Shown here: positions 12,901 through 41,200 of the stretch, one piece after another
Position numbering within the stretch: position 1 is the first letter of the stretch
Layout of the letters: each line of letters begins with the position of its first letter
Assembly: GCF_009914755.1 (NCBI RefSeq)
Contig: NC_060944.1
Reading direction: 5' to 3' (one strand)
Source of the DNA: the human T2T-CHM13v2.0 reference genome, Homo sapiens
Length of the DNA: 64,000 nucleotides
The notes under the pieces: model-generated
Databases searched by the model: none
The model's input: only the letters and a program-made list of their open reading frames with translations
Told to the model about the DNA's origin: nothing
Translations under genes and position numbers: made by a program

Positions 12901-15900
12901 TCTGAGAAACTTCTGTTTGATGTGTGTATTCAACTCACAGAGTTGAACCTTTCTTTTGATTGAGTAGTTTTGAAACACTGTATTTGTAGAATATGCAAGT
13001 GGATATTTGGAGAGCTTTGAGGCCAACAGTTGAACAACAAATATATTCACATTAAAACTACACAGGAGCATTCTGAGAAACTTCTTTGTGATGTGTGCAA
13101 TTATCTCACATAGTTGAACCTTTCTTTTGTTTGAGCAGTTTTGAAACACTCTCTTTGTAGCATCTGCAAGTGGATATTTGGACTGTTTTGAGGCCTATTT
13201 TGGAAAACGAAATATCTTCACATAAAAACTACACAGAATCATTCTGAGAAACTTCTTTGGATATGTGCATTCATCTCACGGAGTGGAAACTTTTTTGGAT
13301 TGAACAGTTTTGAAACACTGTTTTTGCATAATCTGCAAGTGGATATTTGAAACGCTTTGAGGCCTATTGTGGAAAATGAAATATCTTCACATAAAAACTA
13401 CACAGAAGCATTCTGAGAAACTACCTTGTGATGTGTGCATTCAACTCACAGATGTGAATCTATCTTTTGATGAGCAGTTCTGAAACTCTCTTTTGTAGTA
13501 TCTGCAGGTGTATATTTGGAGCCTTTGAGGCCTATGGTGGAAAAGGAAATGCCTTCACAGGAAAACTAGAAAGAAGTATTCTGAGAAACTCCTTTGTGAT
13601 ATGTGCATTGAACTCACAGAGTTGAAACTATCTTTTGATTGAGCCACTTTGAAACTCTCTTTTTATAGTATCTGCAAGTGGATATTTGGAGCCTTTTGTG
13701 GCCTATTGTGAAAAAGGAAATGGCTTCACATAAAAAACACAAAGAATTTTTCTGAGAAACTTCTTTGTGATGTGTGCATTCATCTCACAGAGATGAACCT
13801 TTCTTTTCATTGAGCAGTTTTGAAACAATCTTTTTGAAGTATCTGTAAGTGAATATTTGAAGCACCTTGAGGCCTGTTGTGTTAAAGGAAATATCTTCAC
13901 ATAAAAACTACACAGAAGCTTTCTGAGAAACTTCTCTGTGATGCATGCATTCAACTCATGGAGTTGAACCTGTCTTTTCATTGAACAATTTTGAAACTCT
14001 CTTTTTGTAGAATCTGCAAGTGGATATTTAGAGCCATTTGCAGCGTATGGTGGAAATGGGAATATCTTCAACTAAAAACTACATAGAAACATTCTGAGAA
14101 ACTTCATGGTGATGTGTGCATTCATCTTACAGAGATGAATCTTTCTTTTCATTGTGCAGTTTTGAAACACTCTTTTGTAGAATCTGCAAGTGGATAATTG
14201 GAGTGCTTTGAGGCCTATTGTTGAAAAGAAAATATCTTCACATGAAATCTACACAGAAGTATTCTGAGAAACCTCTTTGCAATGTGTGCATTCATCACAC
14301 TGAGTTGAAACTTTCTTTTGATTGAGCAGTTTTGAAACACTCTTTCTCTACAATCTGCAAGTTGATATTTGTAGCACTTAGATTCCTATTGTGGAAAAGG
14401 AAATATCTTCACATAAAAACTGCACAGAATCATTCTGAGAAACTTCTGTGCGATATGTGCATTCATCTCACAGTGTTGAACCTTTCTTTTCATTCAGCAG
14501 TTTTGAAACTTTATTTTTGTAGAATCTGCAAGTGGATATTTGGAGTGCTTTGAGGCCTATAGTGGAAATGGGAATATCTTCACATAGAAAGCACACAGAA
14601 GCATTCTGAGAAACAACTTTGTTAAGTATGCATTAAACACACAGAGTAGAAACTATCTTTTGATTGAGCAGTTTTGAATCTCTCTTTTTGTAGAAACTGC
14701 AAGAGGATATTTGGAGCCCTTTGTGGCCTATGGTGGAAAAGGAAATACCTTCCCATAAAAACTGCAAAAAAGATTTCTGAGGAACGTCTTGGTCATGTGT
14801 GCCTTCATCTCACAGAGTTGAAACTTTCTTTTGATTGAGCAGTTTGGAAACACTCTTTTTGTAGTATCTACAAGTGGAAGTTTGGTTCGTTTTGAGGCCT
14901 ATGGTGGAAAAGGAAATATCTTCACATGAGAACTACACAGAAGTATTCTGAGAAACTTCTTTGTGATGTGTGCTTTCATCTCACAATGTTTAACCTGTCT
15001 TATGATTGAGCAGTTTTGAAACACTCTTTTTGTAGAAAGTGCAAGTGTATATTTGGAGCCCATGTGGCCTATTGTGAAAAAGGTAATGTCTTCACATAAA
15101 AACTACACAGAAGCATTCTGAGAAACTACTTGCTGATATGTGCATTAAACTCACAGAGTTGAACCTATATTTTCATTGAACAGTTTTCTTTCCCTCTTTT
15201 GGTAGGATCTGCAAGTGGACATTTGGAGCCCTTTGCGGCCTATGGAGGTAAAGGAAATATCTTCAAATAAAAACTACCCAGAAGCATTCTGAGGAATTTC
15301 TTTGCGATGTGTGCATTCAAATCACAGAGTTGAACCTATTTTATGATTCAGCAGTTTTGGAACACTGTTTTTGTAGAATCTTCAAGTGCATATTTAGAGC
15401 ACTTTGAGGTCTACTGTGGAAAAGCAAATATCTTCACATAAAAACTTCACAGAAGCATTCTGAGAAACTTCTTTGTGATGTCTGCATTCATCTCACACAG
15501 CTGAACCTGTCTTATGATTGAGCAGTATTGAAACAATCTTTTTGTAGAATCTGCAAGTGGATATTTGGAGTGCTTTGAGGCCTATTGTGGAAAACGAAAT
15601 ATCTTAACGTAAAAACTACACAGAAGTATTCTGATAAACTTATTTGTGATGTGTGCATTCATCTCACAGATTTGAAACTATCTTATGATTTAGTAGTTTT
15701 GAAACACTCTAGTTGTAGAATCTGCAAGTGGATATTTGGGGCGTTTTGAGGCCTATTGTGGAAAAGGAAATATCTTCACATAAAAACTACAAGGAAGAAT
15801 TCTGAGAAACTTCTTTGTGAAGTGTGCATACATCTCACAGAGTTGAACCTATCTTATGATTGATCAGTTTTGAATCTCTCTTTTTATAGAATCTGCAAGT

Positions 15901-18900
15901 GGATATCTGGAGCAATTTGCGGTCTGTGGTGGAAAAGGAAATGTCTTCAAATAAAAACTACACAGAAGCATTCTGAGAAACTTATTTGTGATGTGTGCAT
16001 TCATCTCACAGAGTTGAACCTATCTTATGATTGAGCAGTTGTGAAATACTCTTTTTGTAGAATGTGTAAGTGGATATTTGGAGCGGTTTGAGGCCTATTG
16101 TGGAAAAGGAAATATCTTCACGTAAAAGGTACACAGAAGCATTCTCAGAAACTACATTGTGATATTTGCATTCACCTTACAGAGATGAATCTTTCTTTTG
16201 ATTGAGCAGTTTTGAAACACTCTTTTTGTAGCATCTGCAAGTGGATATTTGGAGCTCTTTGAGGCCTATTGTGGAAAAGGAACTATCTTCACATAGAAAC
16301 TACACAGAAGCATTCTGAGAAACTTCTGTGTGATGTGTGCGTTCAACTCACATGTTTGAACCTATTTTATGATTGAGCAGTTTTGAAACCCTCTTTTTGT
16401 AGAATCTGCAAGTGGATATTTGGAGCTCATGAGGCCTACTCTTTAAAAGAAAATATCTTCACCTAAAGACCACACAGAAGCATTCTGAGAAACTTCTTTG
16501 TGATGTGTGCATTCATCTCACAGAGTTAAACTTTTCTTTTGATTGAGCAGTTTTGAAACAGTCTTTTTATAGAATCTGCATTTGGATATTTGGAGAACTT
16601 TGATGCATATTGTGCAAAAAAAATCTTCAAGTAAAAACTACACAGTAGCATTCTGATAAACTTCTTCATGAATTGTGAATTCAACTCACAGAGTTTAACC
16701 TAGGTTTTGTTTGAGTAGTTTTGAATCTCTCTTTTTGTACAATCCGAAAATGGATATTTGCAGTGCTTTGAGGTCTATTGTGGAAAAGGAAATATCTTCA
16801 CATAAAAATTTCACAGAAGCTTTCTGAGAAACTACTTTGTGAATTGTGAATTCAACTCACAGAGTGTAACCTACGTTTTGTTTGAGCAGTTTTGAATCTC
16901 TCTTTTTGTAGAATCTGAAAGTGGATATTTGGAGCACTTTGAGGCCTATTGTGGAAAAGGAAATATCTTCACATAAAAATTTCACAGAAGAATTCTGAGA
17001 GACTACTTTGTGATGAGTGCATTCATCACACAGATTGGACGTATCTTTTGATTGAGCAGTTTTGAAACACACTTTTTGTAGAATCTGCAAGTGGATATTT
17101 GGAGGGCTTTGAGGCCTGTTTTGAAAAAGGAAATGTCTTCACGTAAAAACTATACAGTAGCATTCTGAGAAAATTCTTTGTGATGTGTACATTCAACTCA
17201 CATATTTCAACCTATTTTTTGATTGAGTAGTTTTGAATCTCTCTTTTTGAAGAATCTGCAACTGGATATTTGGAGTCCTTTGTGGCCTATGGTGGAAACG
17301 GAAATATCTTCAAAAAAAAAAAACTACACAGGAGCAGTCTGAGAAACTTCTTTGTGATGTGTGCATTCATCTCACAGAGTTGAACCTCTCTTTGGATTGA
17401 GCAGTTTTGAAACCCTTTTTTTGTAGAATCTGCAAGTGGTTACTTGGAGCGCTTTGAAGCTTATTGTCTAAAAGGCAATATCTTCACATAAAAACTACAC
17501 AGAAGCATTCTGAAAAGCGTCTTTGCGTTGTGTGTTTTCATCTCACAGAGTTGAAAATTTCTTTTGGTTGTACAGTTATTAAACACAGTTTTTGCAGAAT
17601 CTGCAAGTGGATATTAGGAGCGATTTGAGGCCTACTCTGGAAAATCAAATATTTCACATAAAAACTACACAGAAGCATTCTGAGAAACATTTTTGTGATA
17701 TGTGCTTTCATCTCAAAGAGTTGAACTTGCTTTTGATTGAGCAGTTTTGTGACACTTTTTTTGTAGATTCTGCAAGAGGATATTTGGAGTGCTTAGAGAC
17801 CTACGGTGGAATAGGACATATCTTCATGTAAAGACTACACAGAAGCATTCCGAGAAACTTCTTTATGATGTGTGTATTCAACTCACAGAGATGAACCTTT
17901 CTTTTGATTGAGTAGTTTTGAAACACTCTCTTTGTAGAATCTGCAAGTGGATATTTGGAGGGCTTTGAGGCCTATTTTGGAAAACGAGATATCTTCACAT
18001 AAAATCTACACAGAATCATTCTGAGAAACTTCTTTGTGATGTATGCATTCATCTCACAGAGCTGTACCTTTTTTTTGAATGAGCAGTATTGAAACACTCT
18101 TGTTGTATAATCTGCAAGTACATATTTGGAGCGCTTTGAGGCCTATTGTGGAAAAGGAAATATCTTCACTTAAAGACCACACAGAAGCATTCTGAGAATT
18201 TTCTTTGTGTTGTGTGCATTCAACTCACAGATGTGAATCAATCTTTTGATGAGCAGTTTTGGATCTCTCTTTTTGTAGTATCTGCAGGTGTAAGTTTGGA
18301 ACCATTTGAGGCCTATGGGGGAAAAGGAAATGCCTTCACATGAAAACTAGACAGAAATATTCTGAGAAACTCCTTTGCAATCTGTGCATTCAACTCACAG
18401 AGTTGAACATATCTTTTGATTAAGCCATTTTGAAACTCTCTTTTTGTAGTATCTGCAAGTGGATATTTACAGCCTTTTGTGGTCTGTTGTGGAAAAGGAA
18501 ATGCCTTCACATAAAAAACAGACACAAGTATTCTGAGAAACTTCTTTGTGATGTGTGTATTCATCTCACAAGATGAACCTTTCTTTTGATTGAGCAGTTT
18601 TGAAACAATATTTTTGAAGTATCTGCAAGTGAATATTTGGAACACTTTGAGGTCTATTGGGTAAAAGGAAACAACTTCACATAAAAACTACACAGAAACT
18701 TTCTGAGAAGCTTCTCTGTGATGTGTGCATTCAACTCACAGAGTTGAACCTATCTTTTCATTGAACAGTTTTGAAACTCTCTTTTTGTAGAATCTACAAG
18801 TGGATATTTGGGGCCATTTGTGGCCTATGGTGGACATGGGAATATCTTCAACTAAAAGCTACACAGAATCATTCTGAGAAACTTCATGGTGATGTGTGCA

Positions 18901-20063
18901 TTCATCTCACAAAGATGAATCTTTCTTTTCAGTTAGTAGTTTTGAAACATTCTTTTTGTAGAATCTGCAAGTGGATAATTGGAGCACTTTGAGGCCTATT
19001 GTTGAAAAGAAAATATCTTCACATGAAACGTACACAGAAGTATTCCAAGTAACCTCTTTGTGATGTGTGCATCTCACAGAGTTGAACCTTTCTTTTGATT
19101 GAGCAGTTTTGAAAAACTCTTTATGTAGAATCTGCAAGTTGATATTAGGAGCACTTGGATTCCTATTGTGGAAAAGGAAATATCTTCACATAAAAACTGC
19201 ACAGAATCATTCTGAAAAACTTCTGTGCAATATGTGCATTCATCTCACAGTGTTGAACCTTTCTTTTCATTCAGCAGTTTTGAAACTTTATTTTTGTAGT
19301 ATCTGCAAGTGGATATTTGGAGCGCTTTGAGGCCTATGGGGGAAACGGGAATATCTTCACATAAAAACTACACAGAAGCATTCTGAGAAACACCTTTGCT
19401 AAGTGTGCATTAAACTCACAGAGTTGAAACTATCTTTTGATTGAGCAGTTTTGAGTCTCTCTTTTTATAGAATCTGCAAGAGGATATTTGGAGCCCTTTA
19501 TGGCCTATAGCGGAAAAGGAAATACCTTCACATAAAAACTACAAAAAACATTTCTGAGGAACGTCTTGGTCATGTGTGCCTTCATCCCACAGAGTTGAAC
19601 CTTTCTTTTGATTGAGCAGTTTGGAAACACTCTTTTTGTAGTATCTGCAAGTGGATGTTTGGATCACATTAAGGTCTATGGTGAAAAAAGAAATATCTTC
19701 ACATGAGAACAACACAGAAGCATTCTGAGAAACTTCTTTGTGATGTGTGTTTAATCTCACAATGTTGAACCATTCTTTTGATTGAGCGGTTTTGAAACAC
19801 TCATTTTGTAGAATCTGCAAGTGGATATTTGGAGTGCTTTGTGGCCTATGGTGGAAATGGATATATCTTCAAATAAAAACTATGCAGAAGCATTCAGAGA
19901 AATTTATTTGGAATGTGTGCATACAACTCACAGAGTTGAACCTATGTTTTGATTGAGCAGTTTTGAAACTCTCTTTTTGTAGAATCTGCAAGTGGATATT
20001 TGGAGCCCTTTGCAGCCTATGGTGGAAAAGGAAATATTTTCACATAATAACTACACAGAAGCA
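6921..20063 (+). repeat. Alpha satellite, divergent A-type monomers (ACTACACAGAAGCATTC / GTGGATATTTGG layer)
   Basis: 171 bp repeat CATTCTGAGAAACTTCTTTGTGATGTGTGCATTCA...; pJ-alpha-type box (CTATGGTGGAAAAGGAA variants); no CENP-B box seen. Confidence 0.97.
10870..19770 (+). repeat. Old tandem duplication of a 24-28 monomer block (copy A ~10870-14945, copy B ~14946-19770)
   Basis: Colinear private markers: AGAAAGTGCAAGTGT..GGAGCCCATGTGG (~10957/~15034), CTACCCAGAAG (~11197/~15274), GAGAGACTAC (~12067/~16997), GAGGAACGTCTTGGTCATG (~14779/~19556). Confidence 0.88.
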
Positions 20064-20085
20064 AACTGGCGAATGAGGCAGCAGT

Positions 20086-20095
20086 CAAGATGGCC
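20086..20095 (+). promoter_or_regulatory. YY1 core site of the L1 internal promoter
   Basis: CAAGATGGCC at the expected position near the L1 5' end; the surrounding CpG island is decayed to TG/CA. Confidence 0.75.
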
Positions 20096-20311
20096 AAATA
20101 GGAACAGCTCTGTTCTACAGTTCCCATCATGAGCAATGCAGAAGATGGGTGATTTCTTCATTTCCATCTGAGATACCAGGTTCATCTCACTAAGGAGTGC
20201 CAGACTGTGGGCACAGGATACTGGGTGCAGGGTGCTATGCATGGTCTGAAGCAGAGCTAGACATTTCCTCACATGGGAAGTGCAAGTAGTCAGGGAGTTC
20301 CCTTTCCTAGT

Positions 20312-20527
20312 CAAATAAAGGGGTGACAGATGGCACCTGGAAAATCGAGTCACTCCCACCCTAATACTGCACTTTTTCAATGGGCTTAAAAAATGGCACA
20401 CCAGGATATTATATCCCACACATGGCTCAGAGGGTCCTATGTCCACAGTGTCTCACTGATTGCTAGCACAGCAGTCTGTGATCAAACTACAAGGTGGCAG
20501 TAAGGCTGGTGGTGGGGCACCCCCCAT
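20312..20527 (-). pseudogene. ORF0: L1 antisense ORF0 remnant
   Basis: From ATG at 20527 the minus strand reads MGGAPPPALLPPCSLITDCCASNQ* (TGA at 20455-20453, from CGA). The same frame continues GPSEP..IRVGVTRFSRC (ORF track 20051..20446), matching recalled ORF0. Lower coordinate approximate. Confidence 0.8.
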
Positions 20528-20857
20528 TGCCCAGGCTTTCTTAGGTAAACAAAGCTGCTGGAAAGCTCGAACTGGGTGTAGACCATCACAGCTCTAGGAG
20601 GCCTGACTGACTCTGTAGGTTCCACATCTGGGGGCAGGGAACAGACAAACAAAAAGACAGCAGTAACCTCTGTGGACTTAAATGTCCCTGTCTGACAGCT
20701 TTGAAGAGAGCAGTGGTTCTCACGGCACACAGCGGGGGATCTGAGAATGGGCAGACTGCCTCCTCAAGTGGGTCCCTGTCCCCTGAACTCTGAGCAGCCT
20801 AACTGAGAGGCACAACCCAGTAGGGTCAGACTGACACCTCTCATGGCTGAGTAGTCC

Positions 20858-20985
20858 TCTGAGACAAAATTTCTAGAGGAAAGATCAGACAGCAGCATCC
20901 GTGATTCATGAAAATCCACTGTTCTGCAGTCACTGCTGCTGATACCCAGGCAAACAGGATCTGGAGTGGACCTCTAGAAAACTCC
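20858..20985 (+). promoter_or_regulatory. ~129-bp 5'UTR segment carrying the ZNF93 binding region (deleted in younger L1s)
   Basis: TCTGAGACAAAA...GTTCTGCAGTCACTGCTGCTGATACCCAGG...AAACTCC lies between GTAGTCC and AACAG, where L1PA2/L1HS are contiguous. Confidence 0.82.
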
Positions 20986-21109
20986 AACAGAACTGCAGCT
21001 GAGGGTCTGTTTGTTAGAAGGAAAACTAACAAATAGAAAGGACATCCACAGCAAAAACCCAACTGTACATCACCATCATCAAAGACCAAAAGTAGATAAA
21101 ACCACAAAG

Positions 21110-22126
21110 ATGAGAAAAAAACAGAGTAGAAAAATGGGAAACTCTGAAAAGCAGAGTGCCTCTCCTCCTCCAAAGGAATGCAGTTCCTCACCAGCAATGG
21201 AACAAAGCTGGATGGAGAATGACTTTGACAAGTTGGGAGAAGAAGGCTTCAGACTATCAAACTACTCTGAGCTACAGGAGGAAATTCAAACCAAACGCAA
21301 AGAAGTTAAAAACTTTGAAAAAAAATTAGACGAATGTATAACTAAAATAACCAATACAGAGAAGTGCTTAAAGGAGCTGATGGAGCTGAAAGCCAAGGTT
21401 CCAGAACTATGCGAAGAATGCAGAAGCCTCAGGAGACAATGTGATCAACTGGAAGAAAGGGTATCAGTGATGGAAGATGAAATGAATGAAATTAAGCGAG
21501 AAGGGAAGTTTAGAGAAAAAAGAATAAAAAGAAATGAACAAAGCCTCCAAGAAATATGGGACTATGTGAAAAAACCATATCTATGTCTGATTGGTGTACC
21601 TGAAAGTGATGTGGAGATTGGAACTAAGTTGGAAAACACTCTGCAGGATATTATCCAGGAGAACTTCCCCAATCTAGCAAGGCAGGACCACATTCAGATT
21701 CAGAAAATACAGAGAATGCCAAAAAGACACTCCTCGAGAAGAGCAACTCGAAGACACATAATTGTCAGATTCACCAAAGTTGAAATGAAGGAAAAAATGT
21801 TAAGGGCAGCCAGAGAGAAAGGTCAGGTTACCCTCAAAGAGAAGCCCATCAGACTAACAGCTGATCTCTTGGCAGAAACTCTACAAGCCAGAAGAGAGTG
21901 GGGGCCAATATTCAACATTCTTAAAGAAAAGAATTTTCAACCCAGAATTTGATATCCAGCCAAACTAAGCTTCACAAGTGAAGGAGAAATAAAATACTTT
22001 ACAGACAAGCAAATGCTGAGAGATTTTGTTGCCACCAGGCCTGCCCTATAAGAGCTCCTGAAGGAAGCACTAAACATGGAAAGAAACAACCAGTACCAGC
22101 CACTGCAAAATCATGCCAAATTGTAA
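21110..22126 (+). pseudogene. ORF1: L1 ORF1p (coiled coil, RRM, CTD), disrupted
   Basis: ATG 21110, natural TAA 22124-22126 (338 codons, no net frameshift). Premature TGA at 21950-21952 (280 aa product) and TAA at 22049-22051. Confidence 0.95.
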
Positions 22127-22189
22127 AGACCATTGTGGCTAGTAAGAAACTGCATCAACTAACGAGCAAAATAACTAGCTAACATCATA

Positions 22190-26005
<3,816 letters not shown>

Positions 26006-26235
26006 GCAATGAGAACACATGGACACAAGAAGGGGAACATCACACACTGGAGACAGATGTGGGGTGGGGGAGGGGGGAGGGATAGCATTAGGAGATATAC
26101 CTAATGCTAAATGACGAGTTAATGGGTACAGCATACCAACATGGCACGTGTACACATATGTAACTAAGCTGCACAATGTGCACATGGACCCTAAAACTTA
26201 AAGTGTATTAATAATAATAAAATAAAATAAATTAA

Positions 26236-38003
<11,768 letters not shown>

Positions 38004-38046
38004 ACAATGAGATCACATGGACACAGGAAGGGGAATATCACACTCT

Positions 38047-38080
38047 GGGGACTGTGGTGGGGTCGGGGGAGGGGGGAGGG
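38047..38080 (+). other. L1 3'UTR G-rich tract (potential G-quadruplex)
   Basis: GGGGACTGTGGTGGGGTCGGGGGAGGGGGGAGGG; equivalents at ~26060-26081 and ~63667-63700. Confidence 0.7.
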
Positions 38081-38250
38081 ATAGCATTGGGAGATATACC
38101 TAATGCTAGATGACACGTTAGTGGGTGCAGCGCACCAGCATGGCACATGTATACATATGTAACTAACCTGCACAATGTGCACATGTACCCTAAAACTTAA
38201 AGTATAATTTAAAAAAAAAAACATTAAAAAAAAAAGAATGAATACAAAAA

Positions 38251-41200
38251 AAAAAGAAATATCTTCACATAAAAACTACACAAAAGCATTCTGAGATACT
38301 TCTTTATGATGTATGCATTCAACTCAGAGAGTTGAACCTATGTTTCGATTGCGAAGTTTTGAAACACTGTTTGTAGAATCTGCAAGTGGATATTTGGAGC
38401 GCTTTGAGGCCTATTGTGGAAAAGGTAATATCTTCACATAAAAACTACAAAGAAGCATTCTGAGAAACTTCTTTGTGATGTGTGAATTAAAGTCACAGAG
38501 TTTAACCTATCTTTTGATTGAGAGTTTTGAATCTCTCTTTTTGTAGAATCTGCAAATGGATATTTGGAGCCCTTTGTGGCCTATGGACGATAAGGAAATA
38601 TCTTTAAATAAACACTACAGAGAAGCATACTGAGAAACTTCTTCGTGATGTATGCATTCATCTCACGGAGTTGAAACTATCTTATGATTGAGCTGATTTG
38701 AAACACTGGCTTTGTAGAAGCTGCAAGTGGATATTTGGAGCGCTTTGAGGCCTACTGTGGAAAAGGAAATATTTTCACATAAAAACCACACACAAAAATT
38801 CTGATAAATTTCTTTGTGATGTGTGCATTCATCTCACAGAGTTGAAACTTTCCTTTGTATGAGCAGTTTTGCCACACTCTCTTGGAGAATTTAGAAGTGG
38901 ATAATTGGAGCACTTTGAGGTCTATTGTGGAAAAGGAAATATCTTCACATAAACACTACAAAGAAGTATTCTGAGAAACTAATTTGTGATGTGTGCATTA
39001 AACTCACAGAGGTGAACTTATCTTTTCATTGAGCAGTTTTGAAACAATCTTTTTGTAGAATCTGCAAGTGGATACTTGGAACACTTTGAGGCCTATTGTG
39101 GAAAAGGAAATATCTTCACATAGAAACTACACAGTAGAATTCTGTGAAACTTCTTTGTGATGTGTGCATTCAACTCACAGAGTTGAAACTTTCTTTTCAT
39201 TGACCAGTTTGGAAACATTATTTTTTTAGAAACTGCAAGTGGATATGTGGAGCTTTTTGTGGCCTAAGGTGGAAAAGGAAATATCTTCACATAAAAACTA
39301 CACAGAAGCATTCTGACAAACTACCTTGTGATGTGTGCACTCATCTCACAGAGTTGAATCTTTCTTTTGATTGAGCAGTTTGGAAACACTCTTTTGAAGA
39401 ATTTGCAAGTGGATCTTCGGAGAGCATTGAGGCCTATTGTAAAAAAGAAAATATCTTCAAATAAAAACTACACAAAAGAGTCTGAGATACTTTTTGCAAT
39501 GTGTGCATTCATTTCACCTTTGTTTTGACTGTGCAGTTTGGAAATACTCTTAGTGCGATCTGCAAGTGGATATTTGCAGTGTTATGAGGCAAAGGAAATA
39601 TTTTCCCATAAAAAATACACGGAAGCATTCTGAGAAACTTATTTGTGATGTGTGCATTCAACTCACGGAGTTGAATCTGTCTTTTGATAAGCAGTTTTGA
39701 AACTCTCTTTTTTTGGAATCTGCAGGTGGATATTTGGAGCGCTTTGAGGCCTATGGTGTAAAAGGTAATATCTTCACATAAAAACTACACAGTAGCATTC
39801 AAAGAAACTTCTTTCTGATGTGTGCATTCAACTCACAGAGTTGAACTTATCTTTTTATTGAGGAGCTTTGAAAATCTCTTTTTGTAGAATCTGCAACTGG
39901 ATATTTAGAGCCCATTGCAGCCTGTGGTGGAAAATGTAATATCTTCGCTTAAAAGCTACACAGAAGCATTCTGAAAAAATTTCTTGGTTATGTGTACATT
40001 CATTTTACAGAGTTCAACATTTCTTTTTATTGAGCATTTTTAAACACTATTTTTGTAGAATCTTCAAGTGGATATTTGGAGTCTTTTGAGTCCTGTGTTG
40101 GAAAAGGAATTATCTTCACATAAAAACTATGTGGAAGCATTCTGAGAAACTTTTTTGTGATGTGTGCATTAATCTCACGGAGTTGAACATTGCTTTTGAT
40201 TGAGCAGTTTTGAAACATTCTTTTTTGTAGGATCTGCAAGTGGATATTTGGAGCACTTTGAGGTCTATTGTGGAAAAGGAAATATATTCACATGAAAACA
40301 ACACAGAAACATTCTGCCAAAATTCTTTGCGATGTGTGTGTTCATCTCACAGAGTTGAAGTTTTCTTTTTATTGAGCAGTTTTCAAACACTCTTTTTGTA
40401 ATATCTCTAAGTGGATATTTGGAGCGCATTGAGACCTATGGTGGAAAAGGATATATCTTTGCATAAAATCTACACAGAAGCATTCTGAGAAACTTCTTTC
40501 TGATGTGTGCCTTCCAATCACAAATTTGAATATATCTTTTAATTGCACAGTTTTCAAACTCTCTTTTTGTAGAATCTGCAAGTGGATATTTGGAGCCCTT
40601 TGTGGCCTCTGGTGGAAAAGGAAATAACTTCAAATAAAAACTACACAGAAGCATTCTGAGAAACTTCATTGTCCTGTGTGCATTCATCCCAGAGAGTTGA
40701 ACCTTTCTTTTCACTGAGCAGTTTTGAAACAGTCTTTTTGTAGAATCTGCAAGTGGATATTTGGAGACCCTTGAGGCCTATTGTGGAAAATATCTTCACA
40801 TAAAAACAACACAGATGCATTCTGAGAAACTTCTTTGCAATGTGTGCATTCATCTCACAGAGTTCAACTTTCTTTTGATTGAGCAATTTTGAAACACACT
40901 TTTTGTAGAATCTGCAAGTAGATATTTGGAGTGCATTGAGGCCTATGGTGGAAAGGAAATATCTTCATTTAAAGCTACACAGAAGCATTCTGAGAAACTT
41001 CTTTGTGACATGTTCGTTCAAGACACGGTGGCGAACATTTCTATTGATTGAGCAGTTTTAAAACCCACTAATTGTAGAATCTGCAAGTGGATATTTGTAG
41101 TGCTTAGAGGCCTATTGTGGAAAAGGAAATATCTCCACATAAAAACTACACAGAAGCATTCTGAGAAACTTGTTTGTGATGAGTGCATTCAGCTCACAGA

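Noticed and set aside
19331-19352. Possible CENP-B box (..GGAAACGGGAA)
   Set aside because: It lacks the essential TTCG half and is a mutated A-type box. No complete CENP-B box was seen by eye, so there is no support for an active centromere core.
21011-21109. N-terminal extension of ORF1 with a His run
   Set aside because: This is the ordinary in-frame 5'UTR upstream of the true ATG at 21110; the caller used an upstream TTG.
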